From positions 59,492 through 123,491 of the forward strand of contig NZ_JBGCCT010000019.1 of assembly GCF_041260665.1 (NCBI RefSeq): 64,000 nt of DNA. Reading direction: 5' to 3'. Both the position numbers and the translations under genes were made by a program. Source of the stretch: Catenulispora sp. GP43 (GTDB lineage: Bacteria > Actinomycetota > Actinomycetes > Streptomycetales > Catenulisporaceae). The notes beneath the pieces are model-generated. The model saw nothing but the letters and a program-made list of their open reading frames with translations. It was not told the origin of the DNA and made no database searches. How positions within the stretch are numbered: the first letter of the stretch is position 1; each line of letters begins with the position of its first letter. Positions 9,567 to 18,662 of this stretch are shown one piece after another.

Positions 9567-10640
9567 TCAGAAGGCTTTCTGCAGGAACTTCTTCAAGTCG
9601 GGTCCGACCTGCGCTGCGAGCGGCAGCGAGGTGTTGACGTAGTCGGTCGCCGGGTTCGGGGTTCCGCTGATCTGCTGGTAGAGGTGGTTGGCGTTCGGGA
9701 CCTCGTCATGGACGACGGCGCTGTCCCCCTTCAGCGCGGCCAGCAGCGGAGCCGTATCCGCGTCGCTGACCTGCGAGTCCTTGGTCCCGTGTAGTACGAG
9801 CACCGGCATGTGGGAGCCGAGGCTCCTGGCCAGCGCGGCCGGGTCCTGCTTGTCTTCCTGCTCCAGGATCGGCACGTTGGTCGGCGACAGGAGCGCCGCG
9901 ATGCCCTTGTCGTCCAGCGGCGTGGTCACCCCCTGGCCGGCGCGGATGCTCGCGAAGGCGGTGTGAAGCTGCTGGATGAGCAGGTTCGCGGCGGCCGGGG
10001 TGATCGTCCCGGCTGCGGCTGCGGCCTGGTAGCCGGCGGTGTACTGGCGGTCCAGCAGGTCGATGAATCGGATGCCCACGGTGGAGGCGAGGATCAGTGC
10101 GTGTGGGGCGTCGGGGGTGTCGGCCAGCTTGTGTGCGAGCCAGAGCGCGTAGAGGCCGCCTTCGCTGTGGCCGAGGATGATCATCTTGTGCGGGTCCACG
10201 CCGGGTTGGGCGGCGAGCGTGCGGTAGGCATCCAGTGCTTCATCGGCATAGAGGCCGAACGTGATGCCCTGGCCGTTGGTGTGGGTGGCCAGGCCCGTCT
10301 GGCCGCTGCCGAGCTTGTCGTACCGCAGGGAGCTCACACCATCGAAGGCGAGGCTCTGCGCGAAGCGCTGGTAGGTGTTGCCCTCGGCCAGTTGTGCGTC
10401 GTTGCCGTCGCGGTCGGTGGCACCGCTGCCGGCGATGATCAGGACGGCCACGCCCGCGCGCTGCTTGCCGGTACCGGGTTGGAAGGTGCCGTAGATCGTG
10501 TCGCCGCTGCTGATGAAGGTGAGGTCGTGGCCCGCAGCGGCCGGGCGCTGCGTCACCGTTCCGGCCGAACTACACGCTGCCAGGACCAGCGCGGCTGCCG
10601 CGACGACTACTACGGCCTGGATGGCGCGGATGGTACGCAT
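9567..10640 (-). CDS. secreted alpha/beta hydrolase (lipoprotein)
   Basis: Signal peptide plus lipobox (LVLAACSS). Nucleophile elbow GHSEGG, Asp and His downstream. GGGGGA RBS before ATG at 10640. Confidence 0.75.
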   Translation of the reverse strand: MRTIRAIQAVVVVAAAALVLAACSSAGTVTQRPAAAGHDLTFISSGDTIYGTFQPGTGKQRAGVAVLIIAGSGATDRDGNDAQLAEGNTYQRFAQSLAFDGVSSLRYDKLGSGQTGLATHTNGQGITFGLYADEALDAYRTLAAQPGVDPHKMIILGHSEGGLYALWLAHKLADTPDAPHALILASTVGIRFIDLLDRQYTAGYQAAAAAGTITPAAANLLIQQLHTAFASIRAGQGVTTPLDDKGIAALLSPTNVPILEQEDKQDPAALARSLGSHMPVLVLHGTKDSQVSDADTAPLLAALKGDSAVVHDEVPNANHLYQQISGTPNPATDYVNTSLPLAAQVGPDLKKFLQKAF

Positions 10641-10743
10641 GGTGTCCCCCTGATCCCTGCGTGTTCGACATCGGATCCGTGACTCCAGCATGCGCCTGGA
10701 ACATATGAACGCGGCCGGCTACCGCACAACAATCGTGCGACTA

Positions 10744-11265
10744 CTAGTGCACGATCGGGCTTCGCCGTTCCAGCAGCAGTACGTCGCGCCACACACCGGC
10801 GACCGTCTTACCGATGCGTTCCTGGCGTCCCAGTACGCGGAACCCGTGCCGTTCGTGCAACGCCAGGCTCGCGGTGTTCTCGGGGAAGATCCCGGCGTTG
10901 ATGGTCCAGACACCGGCCGCCTCGGTCGAGGCGATGAGCGCGCTGAGCAGCCGGTTGCCGATGCCGCGGCCGCGGGCTGCCGGGTCGACGTAGACCGAGA
11001 GTTCGACGACACCGGCGTAGCACGCACGCTTCGAGATGCCCGAGACGACGACGTACCCCAGGACTGCGGGCTTCGCCGCGTCTCCGGCCTCCGTGTCCAG
11101 GGCCACGAACCGGTGTTCGGCCAGTTTCCCGGCGTCGAACACCTCCCAGCTCGGCGCCGCGGTCTCGAAGGTGGCGTTCCCCTCGTCGATGCCGTCCTGG
11201 TAGATGCGCAGGACATCGTCGGCGTGGGCGGCCGTCATCGGGGCGATCACGATGGACGCAGTCAT
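10744..11265 (-). CDS. GNAT N-acetyltransferase, phosphinothricin/methionine-sulfoximine acetyltransferase-like
   Basis: 173 aa. GNAT acetyl-CoA motif A (RGRGIGNRLLSAL). Overall layout of PAT/Bar-type enzymes. Confidence 0.75.
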   Translation of the reverse strand: MTASIVIAPMTAAHADDVLRIYQDGIDEGNATFETAAPSWEVFDAGKLAEHRFVALDTEAGDAAKPAVLGYVVVSGISKRACYAGVVELSVYVDPAARGRGIGNRLLSALIASTEAAGVWTINAGIFPENTASLALHERHGFRVLGRQERIGKTVAGVWRDVLLLERRSPIVH

Positions 11266-11330
11266 GACCGGAGGGTAGAACGGAGCGGTTTCCCCGGTGT
11301 TTCATCGGAAAATCGGCAGGCGGCCGCGGC

Positions 11331-11945
11331 ATGTGCGCCTCTACCCTGCCGACCATGGAAACGCACGGACGCTATCTGAACGTGGTCGATATCGAGGCCA
11401 CCTGCTGGACCGGCAAACAGCCGCCGGACCAGGTGTCCGAGATCATCGAGATCGGGCTGACGGTTGTGGACCTGCACGAGCTCGTACGGGTCGGGAAGCA
11501 CCAGATCATCGTACGGCCGCAGCGCTCGACCGTGAGCGCGTTCTGCACCGAGCTCACCGGATGGACCCAGGAGCAGGTCGACACCGGTGTGACCTTCGGG
11601 CATGCCTGCGACCAGCTGCGGCGGGAGCACTACGCCGACTCGCGCGCGTGGGCGAGCTGGGGCGACTACGACCGTAAGCAGTTCCAGCGCCAATGCGGCG
11701 CCGCCGACGTGCGGTACCCCTTCTCCTCGGTGCACACCAACGCTAAGCAGCAGTTCGCCGTGGCCAACGGCTGGCCGAAGGGCGTCGGCATGCACCGTGC
11801 GCTGGACGTGGCGAACCTGCCGTTGGAAGGCCGCCACCACTGCGGCGCCGATGACGCGTGGAACATCGCGGCCCTGATATTGCAGCTGATGGCGCGCGAC
11901 GCCTGGACCGGCACCGGTACGAACACGGGGGCGGATACACCATGA
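11331..11945 (+). CDS. 3'-5' exonuclease (DEDDh, KapD/ERI-1-like)
   Basis: Exo motif I (VVDIEATCW), motif II and motif III with H...D (GRHHCGADDAWN). Stop overlaps the start of the next gene (ATGA). Confidence 0.75.
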   Translation: MCASTLPTMETHGRYLNVVDIEATCWTGKQPPDQVSEIIEIGLTVVDLHELVRVGKHQIIVRPQRSTVSAFCTELTGWTQEQVDTGVTFGHACDQLRREHYADSRAWASWGDYDRKQFQRQCGAADVRYPFSSVHTNAKQQFAVANGWPKGVGMHRALDVANLPLEGRHHCGADDAWNIAALILQLMARDAWTGTGTNTGADTP

Positions 11946-12748
11946 GTGACGAGCAGATCCTAGGCGGCGGATTGGCGAACCTCGGCCAGGTACTCAAACG
12001 GGGCGACACGGTGGAACGTCCCGCTCCCCCGCACGCCGCCGCGCTGCACGCCTACCTGCGTGCGCTGCACGACGCCGGGTTCGACGGCGTGCCGGAGCCG
12101 AAGGAGCTGAACGGGGATCGCGAGGTGCTGAGCTTCGTGCACGGCGACGTCGCGATTCCGCCGTACCCGCAGTGGTCACGCGATGAGGACGCACTCGCCT
12201 CGGTGGGGCGGCTGCTGCGCCGGATGCACGACGTGGCCGCCGACATCCCGATCCCGGACGCGAAATGGCCGACGGAGTTCAGCGACCCCGGAGCCGGCGC
12301 AGCCGACCGGCTCGTGCTGTGCCACAACGACGCCTGCCTGGAGAACATCGTCTTCCGCGACGGCCGGGCGGTGGCCCTGATCGACTTCGACTTCGCCGCG
12401 CCGGGGCGGGCTCTGTGGGACCTGGCCATGTGTGCGTGGTACTGGGTGCCGATGGTTCCGCAGGCCATCGCGGCCGTCGAAGGGTTCGACGGGATGGACA
12501 GCCCGGCCCGGTTGCGGATCCTGGTCGACGCCTACGGGCTCGACGACGCGGAACGCCGAGCGCTCCTGGAGTTGTTCGCGCCGGCCGTCATCACGATGCA
12601 GACGTTCATGAAGGCCCGCGTGGCCGCCGGCGACCCGGTGTTCACCGAGGTCGACACGATGCGCGATCCGCTGCGGTACGACAAGATTCTGACCTGGCTC
12701 GAGGACCAGCACGAGACGTTCCTGGCGGCACTTAGCACCGACCGCTAG
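11942..12748 (+). CDS. aminoglycoside/antibiotic phosphotransferase (APH) family kinase
   Basis: Brenner motif HNDACLENIVF and DFDFA Mg-binding motif. Translationally coupled to the exonuclease. Confidence 0.75.
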   Translation: MSDEQILGGGLANLGQVLKRGDTVERPAPPHAAALHAYLRALHDAGFDGVPEPKELNGDREVLSFVHGDVAIPPYPQWSRDEDALASVGRLLRRMHDVAADIPIPDAKWPTEFSDPGAGAADRLVLCHNDACLENIVFRDGRAVALIDFDFAAPGRALWDLAMCAWYWVPMVPQAIAAVEGFDGMDSPARLRILVDAYGLDDAERRALLELFAPAVITMQTFMKARVAAGDPVFTEVDTMRDPLRYDKILTWLEDQHETFLAALSTDR

Positions 12749-12886
12749 CGGCGGCTGGCAGCGGATCAGACGTCGGAGGAACAGCCCTCGAAGGACGGCC
12801 TCCAAGTACTAACTCCGGTAGCTCGTCCGGGATCCGCCACCGCCTGTCCGGCAGCCAGCGCCGCGAACCGCCTCTACGACCCCGTC

Positions 12887-14059
12887 CTACGAACGCAGCG
12901 CGCGCTCCAGGTCCGCGTACAGGTCCTCCGGGTCCTCCAGACCCACCGAGACCCGCAGCACCGAGGCGTGCGGCTTGGCGTCGGCGGCGACCGGCCGGTG
13001 GGTCAGCGAGGCCGGGTGCTGGATCAGGGTGTCGACACCGCCGAGGGACACCGCGTGGGTGATCAGCCGGACCGAGTCCGCCGCGCGCGCCGCCGCGTCG
13101 TAGCCGCCGCGCACGGACATCGCGAACACCGCGCCGGGGCCGGCCATCTGGCGTCCGACGAGCTGCTGCGGGTCGCATTCGGCCAGGCCCGGGTAGTAGA
13201 CGCGCTCCACCGCCGGGTTCGCCAGCAGGCGGTCGACGAGCTTCTCGGCGTTCTGGGACTGGTGCCGGATGCGCAGCGGCAGCGTCTGCAGGCCGCGGTG
13301 CAGCAGGTAGGACGACAGGGGGTGCAGCACCGAGCCGGTGATGGCGCGGATCGGGCGCAGGCGTTCGGCCCAGGCCTCGGTGGTGGCGACGACGCCGGCC
13401 AGGACGTCGCCGTGGCCGCCGAGGTACTTCGTGGCGCTGTGCACGACCAGGGTGGCGCCGAAGTCGGCGGGCTTCTGCAGGATCGGCGTGGCGAACGTGT
13501 TGTCGACCAGCAGCGGGACGTCGCCGCACTGCTCGGCGACGCGCGCCAGGTCCAGCAGTTCCAGGGTCGGGTTGGCCGGGGTCTCCAGGATCACCAGGCC
13601 GGTGTCGGGGCGGCGGGCGGCGGCGATGCCGTCGGCGGCCGCCCAGGTCACCTCGGTGCCGAGCAGGCCGCTGGCCAGCAGGTGGTCGCTGCCGCCGTAC
13701 AGCGGGCGGACGGCGACGACGTGCCGCTTGCCCTCGGCGGCCGCGGCCAGCAGGCACGCGGTGATCGCGGCCATGCCGGAGGCGAACGCGACGGCGGCCT
13801 GGGTGTTCTCCATGCGCGCCAGTGCTTCCTCGAAGCGCGCGGTCGTCGGGTTCCACAGCCGCTGGTAGACGTGGCTGCCGCCGTTGATCGGCGTGCCGCC
13901 GCCGGCGAGGGCCTCGTAGCTGTCGCCGCCCAGGCCCACGTTCGGCAGCGGGTTGGTGGTCGACAGGTCGATCGGGGGGACGTGGACGCCCAGGGCGGCC
14001 AGGTCGTCACGGCCGGCGTGGACGGCGATGGTGTCGGGCAGTGCGGAGGCGGGCAGCAT
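12887..14059 (-). CDS. Cys/Met-metabolism PLP enzyme (methionine gamma-lyase / cystathionine gamma-synthase family)
   Basis: PLP-lysine motif SATKYLGGHGD. Conserved fold signatures over ~390 aa. Confidence 0.85.
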   Translation of the reverse strand: MLPASALPDTIAVHAGRDDLAALGVHVPPIDLSTTNPLPNVGLGGDSYEALAGGGTPINGGSHVYQRLWNPTTARFEEALARMENTQAAVAFASGMAAITACLLAAAAEGKRHVVAVRPLYGGSDHLLASGLLGTEVTWAAADGIAAARRPDTGLVILETPANPTLELLDLARVAEQCGDVPLLVDNTFATPILQKPADFGATLVVHSATKYLGGHGDVLAGVVATTEAWAERLRPIRAITGSVLHPLSSYLLHRGLQTLPLRIRHQSQNAEKLVDRLLANPAVERVYYPGLAECDPQQLVGRQMAGPGAVFAMSVRGGYDAAARAADSVRLITHAVSLGGVDTLIQHPASLTHRPVAADAKPHASVLRVSVGLEDPEDLYADLERALRS

Positions 14060-14133
14060 GCGGTCATTGTTGAAGATACGTCGGCAGGATGGGAAGTGTC
14101 GCGAATAAGATTCTGTTCAGGTCATAGCATTCA

Positions 14134-14751
14134 TTGAAAGATTCAGCGGCATCGGTGACACTGACCGGTATGCCGAATGATCTGCGAGCTGCCCGGCCGG
14201 TCCTGGACGACACCGACCGCGCGATCCTGGCGGTGCTGGCGGCCGACGCGCGCACCCCGAACAACGCGATCGCCGAGGCGGTGGGGATCGCGCCGTCGAC
14301 GTGTCTGGCGCGGATCCGAACGCTGCGCGAGCGCGGCGTGATCCGCGGGTTCCACGCCGACATCGATCCGGCGGCGCTCGGGCGCGGGCTGCAGGCGATG
14401 ATCGCGGTGCGACTGCGGGCGCACACGCGCGAGCGCGTGCAGGAGTTCATCCGGGACGTGCCGGGTCTGCCGGACGTCGTCGGCGTGTGGCACGTGGCCG
14501 GCGCCGACGACTACCTGCTGCACATCGCGGTCGCCGACTCCGACGCGCTGCGGGACTTCGTCCTGGAGCACCTGACGACACACCCGGCGGTCGGGCACAC
14601 CGAGACCAGCTTGATCTTCGGGCATCTGCGTGGCGCGGTCGGGGCCACGGCGCCGGCCACTGCCTCGGCCACAGCCACTGTCTCGGCCACGGCGGCGGCA
14701 GCGGCCCCTGCATCCACGACGTCGTCCGTCGGCCGAGTGGTAACCGACTAA
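14134..14751 (+). CDS. Lrp/AsnC family transcriptional regulator
   Basis: N-terminal HTH (LDDTDRAILAVLAADARTPNNAIAEAVGIAPSTCLARIRTLRERGVI) plus RAM domain. Ala/Thr-rich tail. Divergent to the gamma-lyase gene. Alternative start at 14170. Confidence 0.8.
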   Translation: MKDSAASVTLTGMPNDLRAARPVLDDTDRAILAVLAADARTPNNAIAEAVGIAPSTCLARIRTLRERGVIRGFHADIDPAALGRGLQAMIAVRLRAHTRERVQEFIRDVPGLPDVVGVWHVAGADDYLLHIAVADSDALRDFVLEHLTTHPAVGHTETSLIFGHLRGAVGATAPATASATATVSATAAAAAPASTTSSVGRVVTD

Positions 14752-14793
14752 ACCGGTGTACGCCCGCTACCGGCCGAGGGCTAGAGTCGGGGC

Positions 14794-16827
14794 GTGACCA
14801 CTGAGAATCCGTTTTACCGCCGCAGCACGCTGCCCTATGAGCTGCCGCCGTTCGCCGACATCCGCGAGGAGCACTACATGCCGGCCTTCGACGCCGGCTT
14901 CTCCGAGCACCTGGCCGAGATCGCGGCGATCGCCCAGAACCCCGAACCGGCGACGTTCGAGAACACGATCGTGGCCATGGAGCGCGCCGGGGCCCTTCTG
15001 GGCCGGGTCGCCTCGGTGTTCTTCCCGCAGACCTCCTCCGACACCAACGACGCCGTGCAGGCGATCGAGCAGGAGATCAGCCCGCGCTGGGCCGCGCACA
15101 TGGACGCGATCAACCTGGACCCGGCGCTGTTCGCTCGTATCGACGACCTTTACGAGCGCCGCGCGGACCTCGGACTGAGCGAGGTCGGACTACGACTGCT
15201 GGAGAAGCACCACCTGAACTTCGTACGGGGCGGCGCGAAGCTCTCGGCGGCCGACAAGGACCGCTTGCGGGAGCTCAACGAGCAGCTGGCCGCGCTGTCC
15301 ACGGACTTCGACCGGAACCTGCTGGCCGCGAACAAGGCCGGACAGCAGGTGTTCGATTCCGCCGATCAGCTGGCGGGCCTGTCCGCGGACGCGGTCGCGG
15401 CGGCGAAGGAGAACGGCGAGGCGGTCGGGCTGCCGGGCAAGTACGTCATCTCCCTGAAGAACTTCTCGAACCAGACGCAGCTGGCCTCGTTGGACGACCG
15501 GGAGACACGCCGGGCGCTGCTGACGGCGTCCCTGGAGCGGGCCTGGGACACCAACGGCCCGATCGCGGTGCGGATGGCCGGGCTGCGGGCCGAGCGCGCG
15601 GCGCTGCTGGGCCACCGTTCGTACGCCGAGTACGCACTCCAGGACCGGACGGCGCGAACCACCGAGGCGGTGGAGGACCTGATGGCGCGGCTGATCCCGG
15701 CCGCGGTGGCGAACGCCGGCAAGGAGGCCGAGGCACTGCGCGCGCATCTGCCGGCCGGTGAGAGCCTTTCGGCCTGGGACTGGACGTACTACTCGGAGAA
15801 GGTGCGCCTGGCCGAGTACGACGTCGACTCCGAGGCGCTGCGGCCCTACCTGGAGTTGGACGCCGTGCTGGTCGACGGGGTGTTCCACGCCGCGGAGATG
15901 GTGTACGGGATCACCTTCACGGCCCGCCCCGACCTGGTCGCTTACCACCCTGACGTGCGGATCTGGGAGGTCTTCGACGCCGACGGCTCCGGGATCGGGC
16001 TGTTCCTCGGCGACTTCTACGCGCGCGGCTCCAAGCGTGGCGGTGCGTGGATGACGAACTACGTGCACCAGTCGCATCTGCTCGGCCAGTCGCCGGTGAT
16101 CGTGAACAACCTGAACGTGGCCAAGCCGCCGGCCGGCGAGCCGACGCTGCTGACCTGGGACGAGGTCCGCACGTTGTTCCACGAGTTCGGGCACGCGCTG
16201 CACGGCCTGTTCTCGGACGTGGAGCACCCGACGTTCTCCGGTACGAGTACGCCGCGGGACTTCGTGGAGTACCCGTCGCAGGTGAACGAGATGTGGGCGG
16301 AGTGGCCGGACGTCTTGGCGAACTACGCCAAGCACTACCTCACCGGTGAGCCCGTTCCGGCGGACCTGCTGGAGCGGATGGCCGAGGCGGAGAAGTTCGG
16401 CCAGGGCTTCGCGACCGTGGAGATCCTCGGCGCGGTGATGCTGGACTGGGCCTGGCACACGATTTCGGCCGGCGAGGACCCGGGCGAGGCCAGGGAGTTC
16501 GAGGCGGCGGCGCTCACGCGCTACGGGCTGGCGGTGCCGGAGATCCCGTCGCGGTACCGCACGAGCTACTTCGCGCACATCTGGGGCAACGACTACTGCG
16601 CCGGCTACTACTCGTACTTGTGGAGCGAGGTCCTGGACAAGGACACGGTCGACTGGTTCAAGGAGGGCGTGCAGCAGGGGCGGTCGATCCGTGAGAGCGG
16701 CGAGGCGTTCCGGCGTGCGGTGCTCTCACGGGGCGGGAGTGTGGACCTGATGGCGGCGTTCGCGCATTTCCGGGGGCGCGCGCCGGAGGTAGAACCGATG
16801 CTGAAGGCCCGGGGGCTGGCGGTCTGA
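14794..16827 (+). CDS. dcp: M3 family peptidyl-dipeptidase Dcp
   Basis: Zinc motif HEFGHALH with downstream E. 677 aa. Colinear signatures of M3A peptidases. Confidence 0.9.
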   Translation: MTTENPFYRRSTLPYELPPFADIREEHYMPAFDAGFSEHLAEIAAIAQNPEPATFENTIVAMERAGALLGRVASVFFPQTSSDTNDAVQAIEQEISPRWAAHMDAINLDPALFARIDDLYERRADLGLSEVGLRLLEKHHLNFVRGGAKLSAADKDRLRELNEQLAALSTDFDRNLLAANKAGQQVFDSADQLAGLSADAVAAAKENGEAVGLPGKYVISLKNFSNQTQLASLDDRETRRALLTASLERAWDTNGPIAVRMAGLRAERAALLGHRSYAEYALQDRTARTTEAVEDLMARLIPAAVANAGKEAEALRAHLPAGESLSAWDWTYYSEKVRLAEYDVDSEALRPYLELDAVLVDGVFHAAEMVYGITFTARPDLVAYHPDVRIWEVFDADGSGIGLFLGDFYARGSKRGGAWMTNYVHQSHLLGQSPVIVNNLNVAKPPAGEPTLLTWDEVRTLFHEFGHALHGLFSDVEHPTFSGTSTPRDFVEYPSQVNEMWAEWPDVLANYAKHYLTGEPVPADLLERMAEAEKFGQGFATVEILGAVMLDWAWHTISAGEDPGEAREFEAAALTRYGLAVPEIPSRYRTSYFAHIWGNDYCAGYYSYLWSEVLDKDTVDWFKEGVQQGRSIRESGEAFRRAVLSRGGSVDLMAAFAHFRGRAPEVEPMLKARGLAV

Positions 16828-16902
16828 GATGGTTCGGTTGGGGCGGTCGCGCCGGGTGGAGCACGCCCGGCGCGGTCGGCCGGATCAGCCGGATCAGCCG
16901 GA

Positions 16903-17361
16903 TCAGCCGAGCTTCAGCTTGAAGCCCACGTGCGAGGGCACGAATCCGAGCCGCTCGTAGAACCGGTGCGCGTCGGGACGCTGGGCGTTCGAGGTGAGCT
17001 GCACCTGCTTGCACCCGGCGTTCTTCGACTGCTCGATGGCCCACTGCATCATCTGCGTGCCCAGGCCGCTGCCGCGCTCGCTGGTGGCGACGCGCACGCT
17101 CTCGATCATCGCGCGCTTGAGTCCCTGCTGGGCCACGCCGGGGATGAACGTGAGCTGGAACGTACCGACGGCGACGCCGGCGCGTTCGGCGACGATCAGG
17201 CGCTGGTTCGGGTCGGCGTCGAGCTCTGCGAAGGCCGCGAGGTAGGGCGCCATGTCCTCGGGGTCCTCGCGGGTGGAGCCGAGCTTGTCGTCGGCGAGCA
17301 TGGCGACGATGGCGGGCAGATCGGCGGCGGTGGCGTCACGAAGGATCAAGGACTCGGTCAT
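16903..17361 (-). CDS. GNAT family N-acetyltransferase
   Basis: 152 aa from MTESLILRDATAADLPAIVAML. CoA-binding motif (RGSGLGTQMMQWAIE). Confidence 0.75.
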   Translation of the reverse strand: MTESLILRDATAADLPAIVAMLADDKLGSTREDPEDMAPYLAAFAELDADPNQRLIVAERAGVAVGTFQLTFIPGVAQQGLKRAMIESVRVATSERGSGLGTQMMQWAIEQSKNAGCKQVQLTSNAQRPDAHRFYERLGFVPSHVGFKLKLG

Positions 17362-17416
17362 AGATCGGCACTGTAGCTGGCACACTGGCGGGATCGCGGC
17401 AGCGGGAGGGGATCAT

Positions 17417-18424
17417 ATGACAGCGACCGGTTCGATGTTCGGGCTCGCGTTCGGGGACTGTATGGGCAAGCCCACGGAGTTCCAACGGTTCGAGGAGATC
17501 GTGCGGCTGTACGGCCCGCAGGGTCCTTCCGACCTTCCGGCCGGCGGCCTGGTCACGGACGACACGCAGATGGCGCTGGCTGTCGCCGATGCCCTGCTGG
17601 AGCAGCCCGGCGGCGCCGATCTGGCGGTGGAGCCGTTCACCGCCTCGTTGATCGAGCACTTCCTGGCGTGGGCGAAGTCGCCGGACAACAACCGGGCGCC
17701 GGGTATGACCTGTCTGCGTGCCATCGGCAACCTCGGCAACGGCCTGCCGTGGCCGCAAGCCACGCAGCGCGGCTCGAAGGGGTGTGGCGCGAACATGCGC
17801 GTGACCCCGATCGGCCTGCTGCCGGATGTGCCGGAGACGACCATCGCCGGCGCCGCGCAGTTGCAGGCGGCCCTGACCCACGGCCACGCGACCGGCCTGG
17901 CCGCCTCGGATCTGACCGCTTGCGCGACACGCTGGCTGGCGCAGGGGATGGCGCCGTCGGATCTGGTTCCGGCGCTGCGGGAACGCTGTCAGGAACAGCG
18001 GCGTATCTACCACGGGGACTGGCTCGGCGATGAGTTGTGGCGGGTGCCGATGCGGAACTCGCCGGAGGACTTCATCGAGGCCGGCTGGGTCGAGTGCGGC
18101 ATGATCCTCGGCGTGCTGGCCAAGGCGGCGCAGAACCCGGATCCGGCGCTGGACCCGTGTGACTACACCGGTGAGGGATGGATCGCCGAGGAGGCGCTGG
18201 CGACCGCGCTGCTGTGCTTCCTCATGTACTCCGACGAGCCGGTGCGTGCACTGGGCCGGGCTGCGGCCACCGGCGGCGACTCGGACTCGATCGCGGCGCT
18301 GGCCGGGGCTTTCCTGGGGGCGCGGCACGGGATCGAGGCGTTCCCGGCGGCCTGGCCGGAGCGGATCGAGTACCGGGAGCGGCTGGCCCGGTCCGGCGCC
18401 GCATGGGATGTGGGGCGAGCGTGA
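17417..18424 (+). CDS. ADP-ribosylglycohydrolase family protein (DraG/ARH-like)
   Basis: GGGREP RBS before ATG 17417. N-terminal (GLAFGDCMGKPTEF) and C-terminal (GGDSDSIAALAGAFLGARHG) di-metal Asp/Thr clusters of the ARH fold. Confidence 0.8.
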   Translation: MTATGSMFGLAFGDCMGKPTEFQRFEEIVRLYGPQGPSDLPAGGLVTDDTQMALAVADALLEQPGGADLAVEPFTASLIEHFLAWAKSPDNNRAPGMTCLRAIGNLGNGLPWPQATQRGSKGCGANMRVTPIGLLPDVPETTIAGAAQLQAALTHGHATGLAASDLTACATRWLAQGMAPSDLVPALRERCQEQRRIYHGDWLGDELWRVPMRNSPEDFIEAGWVECGMILGVLAKAAQNPDPALDPCDYTGEGWIAEEALATALLCFLMYSDEPVRALGRAAATGGDSDSIAALAGAFLGARHGIEAFPAAWPERIEYRERLARSGAAWDVGRA

Positions 18425-18597
18425 GCGGTACGGCGTTCGAGGTCTGGCGTCAGGACGACAACGGGAACCGGTACCTGATGACCACCCATACGGACCGGGC
18501 CTCGGCCGAGGCTGCCGTCGCCGAGATCGAGGCCGGGGTGCCGCACAAGCAGCTGTACTACGTAGTAGAACGGCCAACTTCGCCACGGCAGGGCTGA
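18421..18597 (+). CDS. small hypothetical protein (58 aa), translationally coupled to the ARH gene
   Basis: GTG overlaps the ARH stop (GTGA). Peptide VSGTAFEVWRQDDNGNRYLMTTHTDRASAEAAVAEIEAGVPHKQLYYVVERPTSPRQG. Followed by an inverted repeat. Confidence 0.4.
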   Translation: MSGTAFEVWRQDDNGNRYLMTTHTDRASAEAAVAEIEAGVPHKQLYYVVERPTSPRQG

Positions 18598-18662
18598 TCG
18601 AGGCCTGGTATTAACTCCGATCAGCCCGCGTGGAACGAACGCTGCGTGGATCCCTCTGTGGT

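Noticed and set aside
18591-18628. Inverted repeat GGGCTGATCG...CGATCAGCCC as a rho-independent terminator
   Set aside because: 18-nt loop and no T-tract. It is more likely a member of the GATC-containing repeat family, reported separately.
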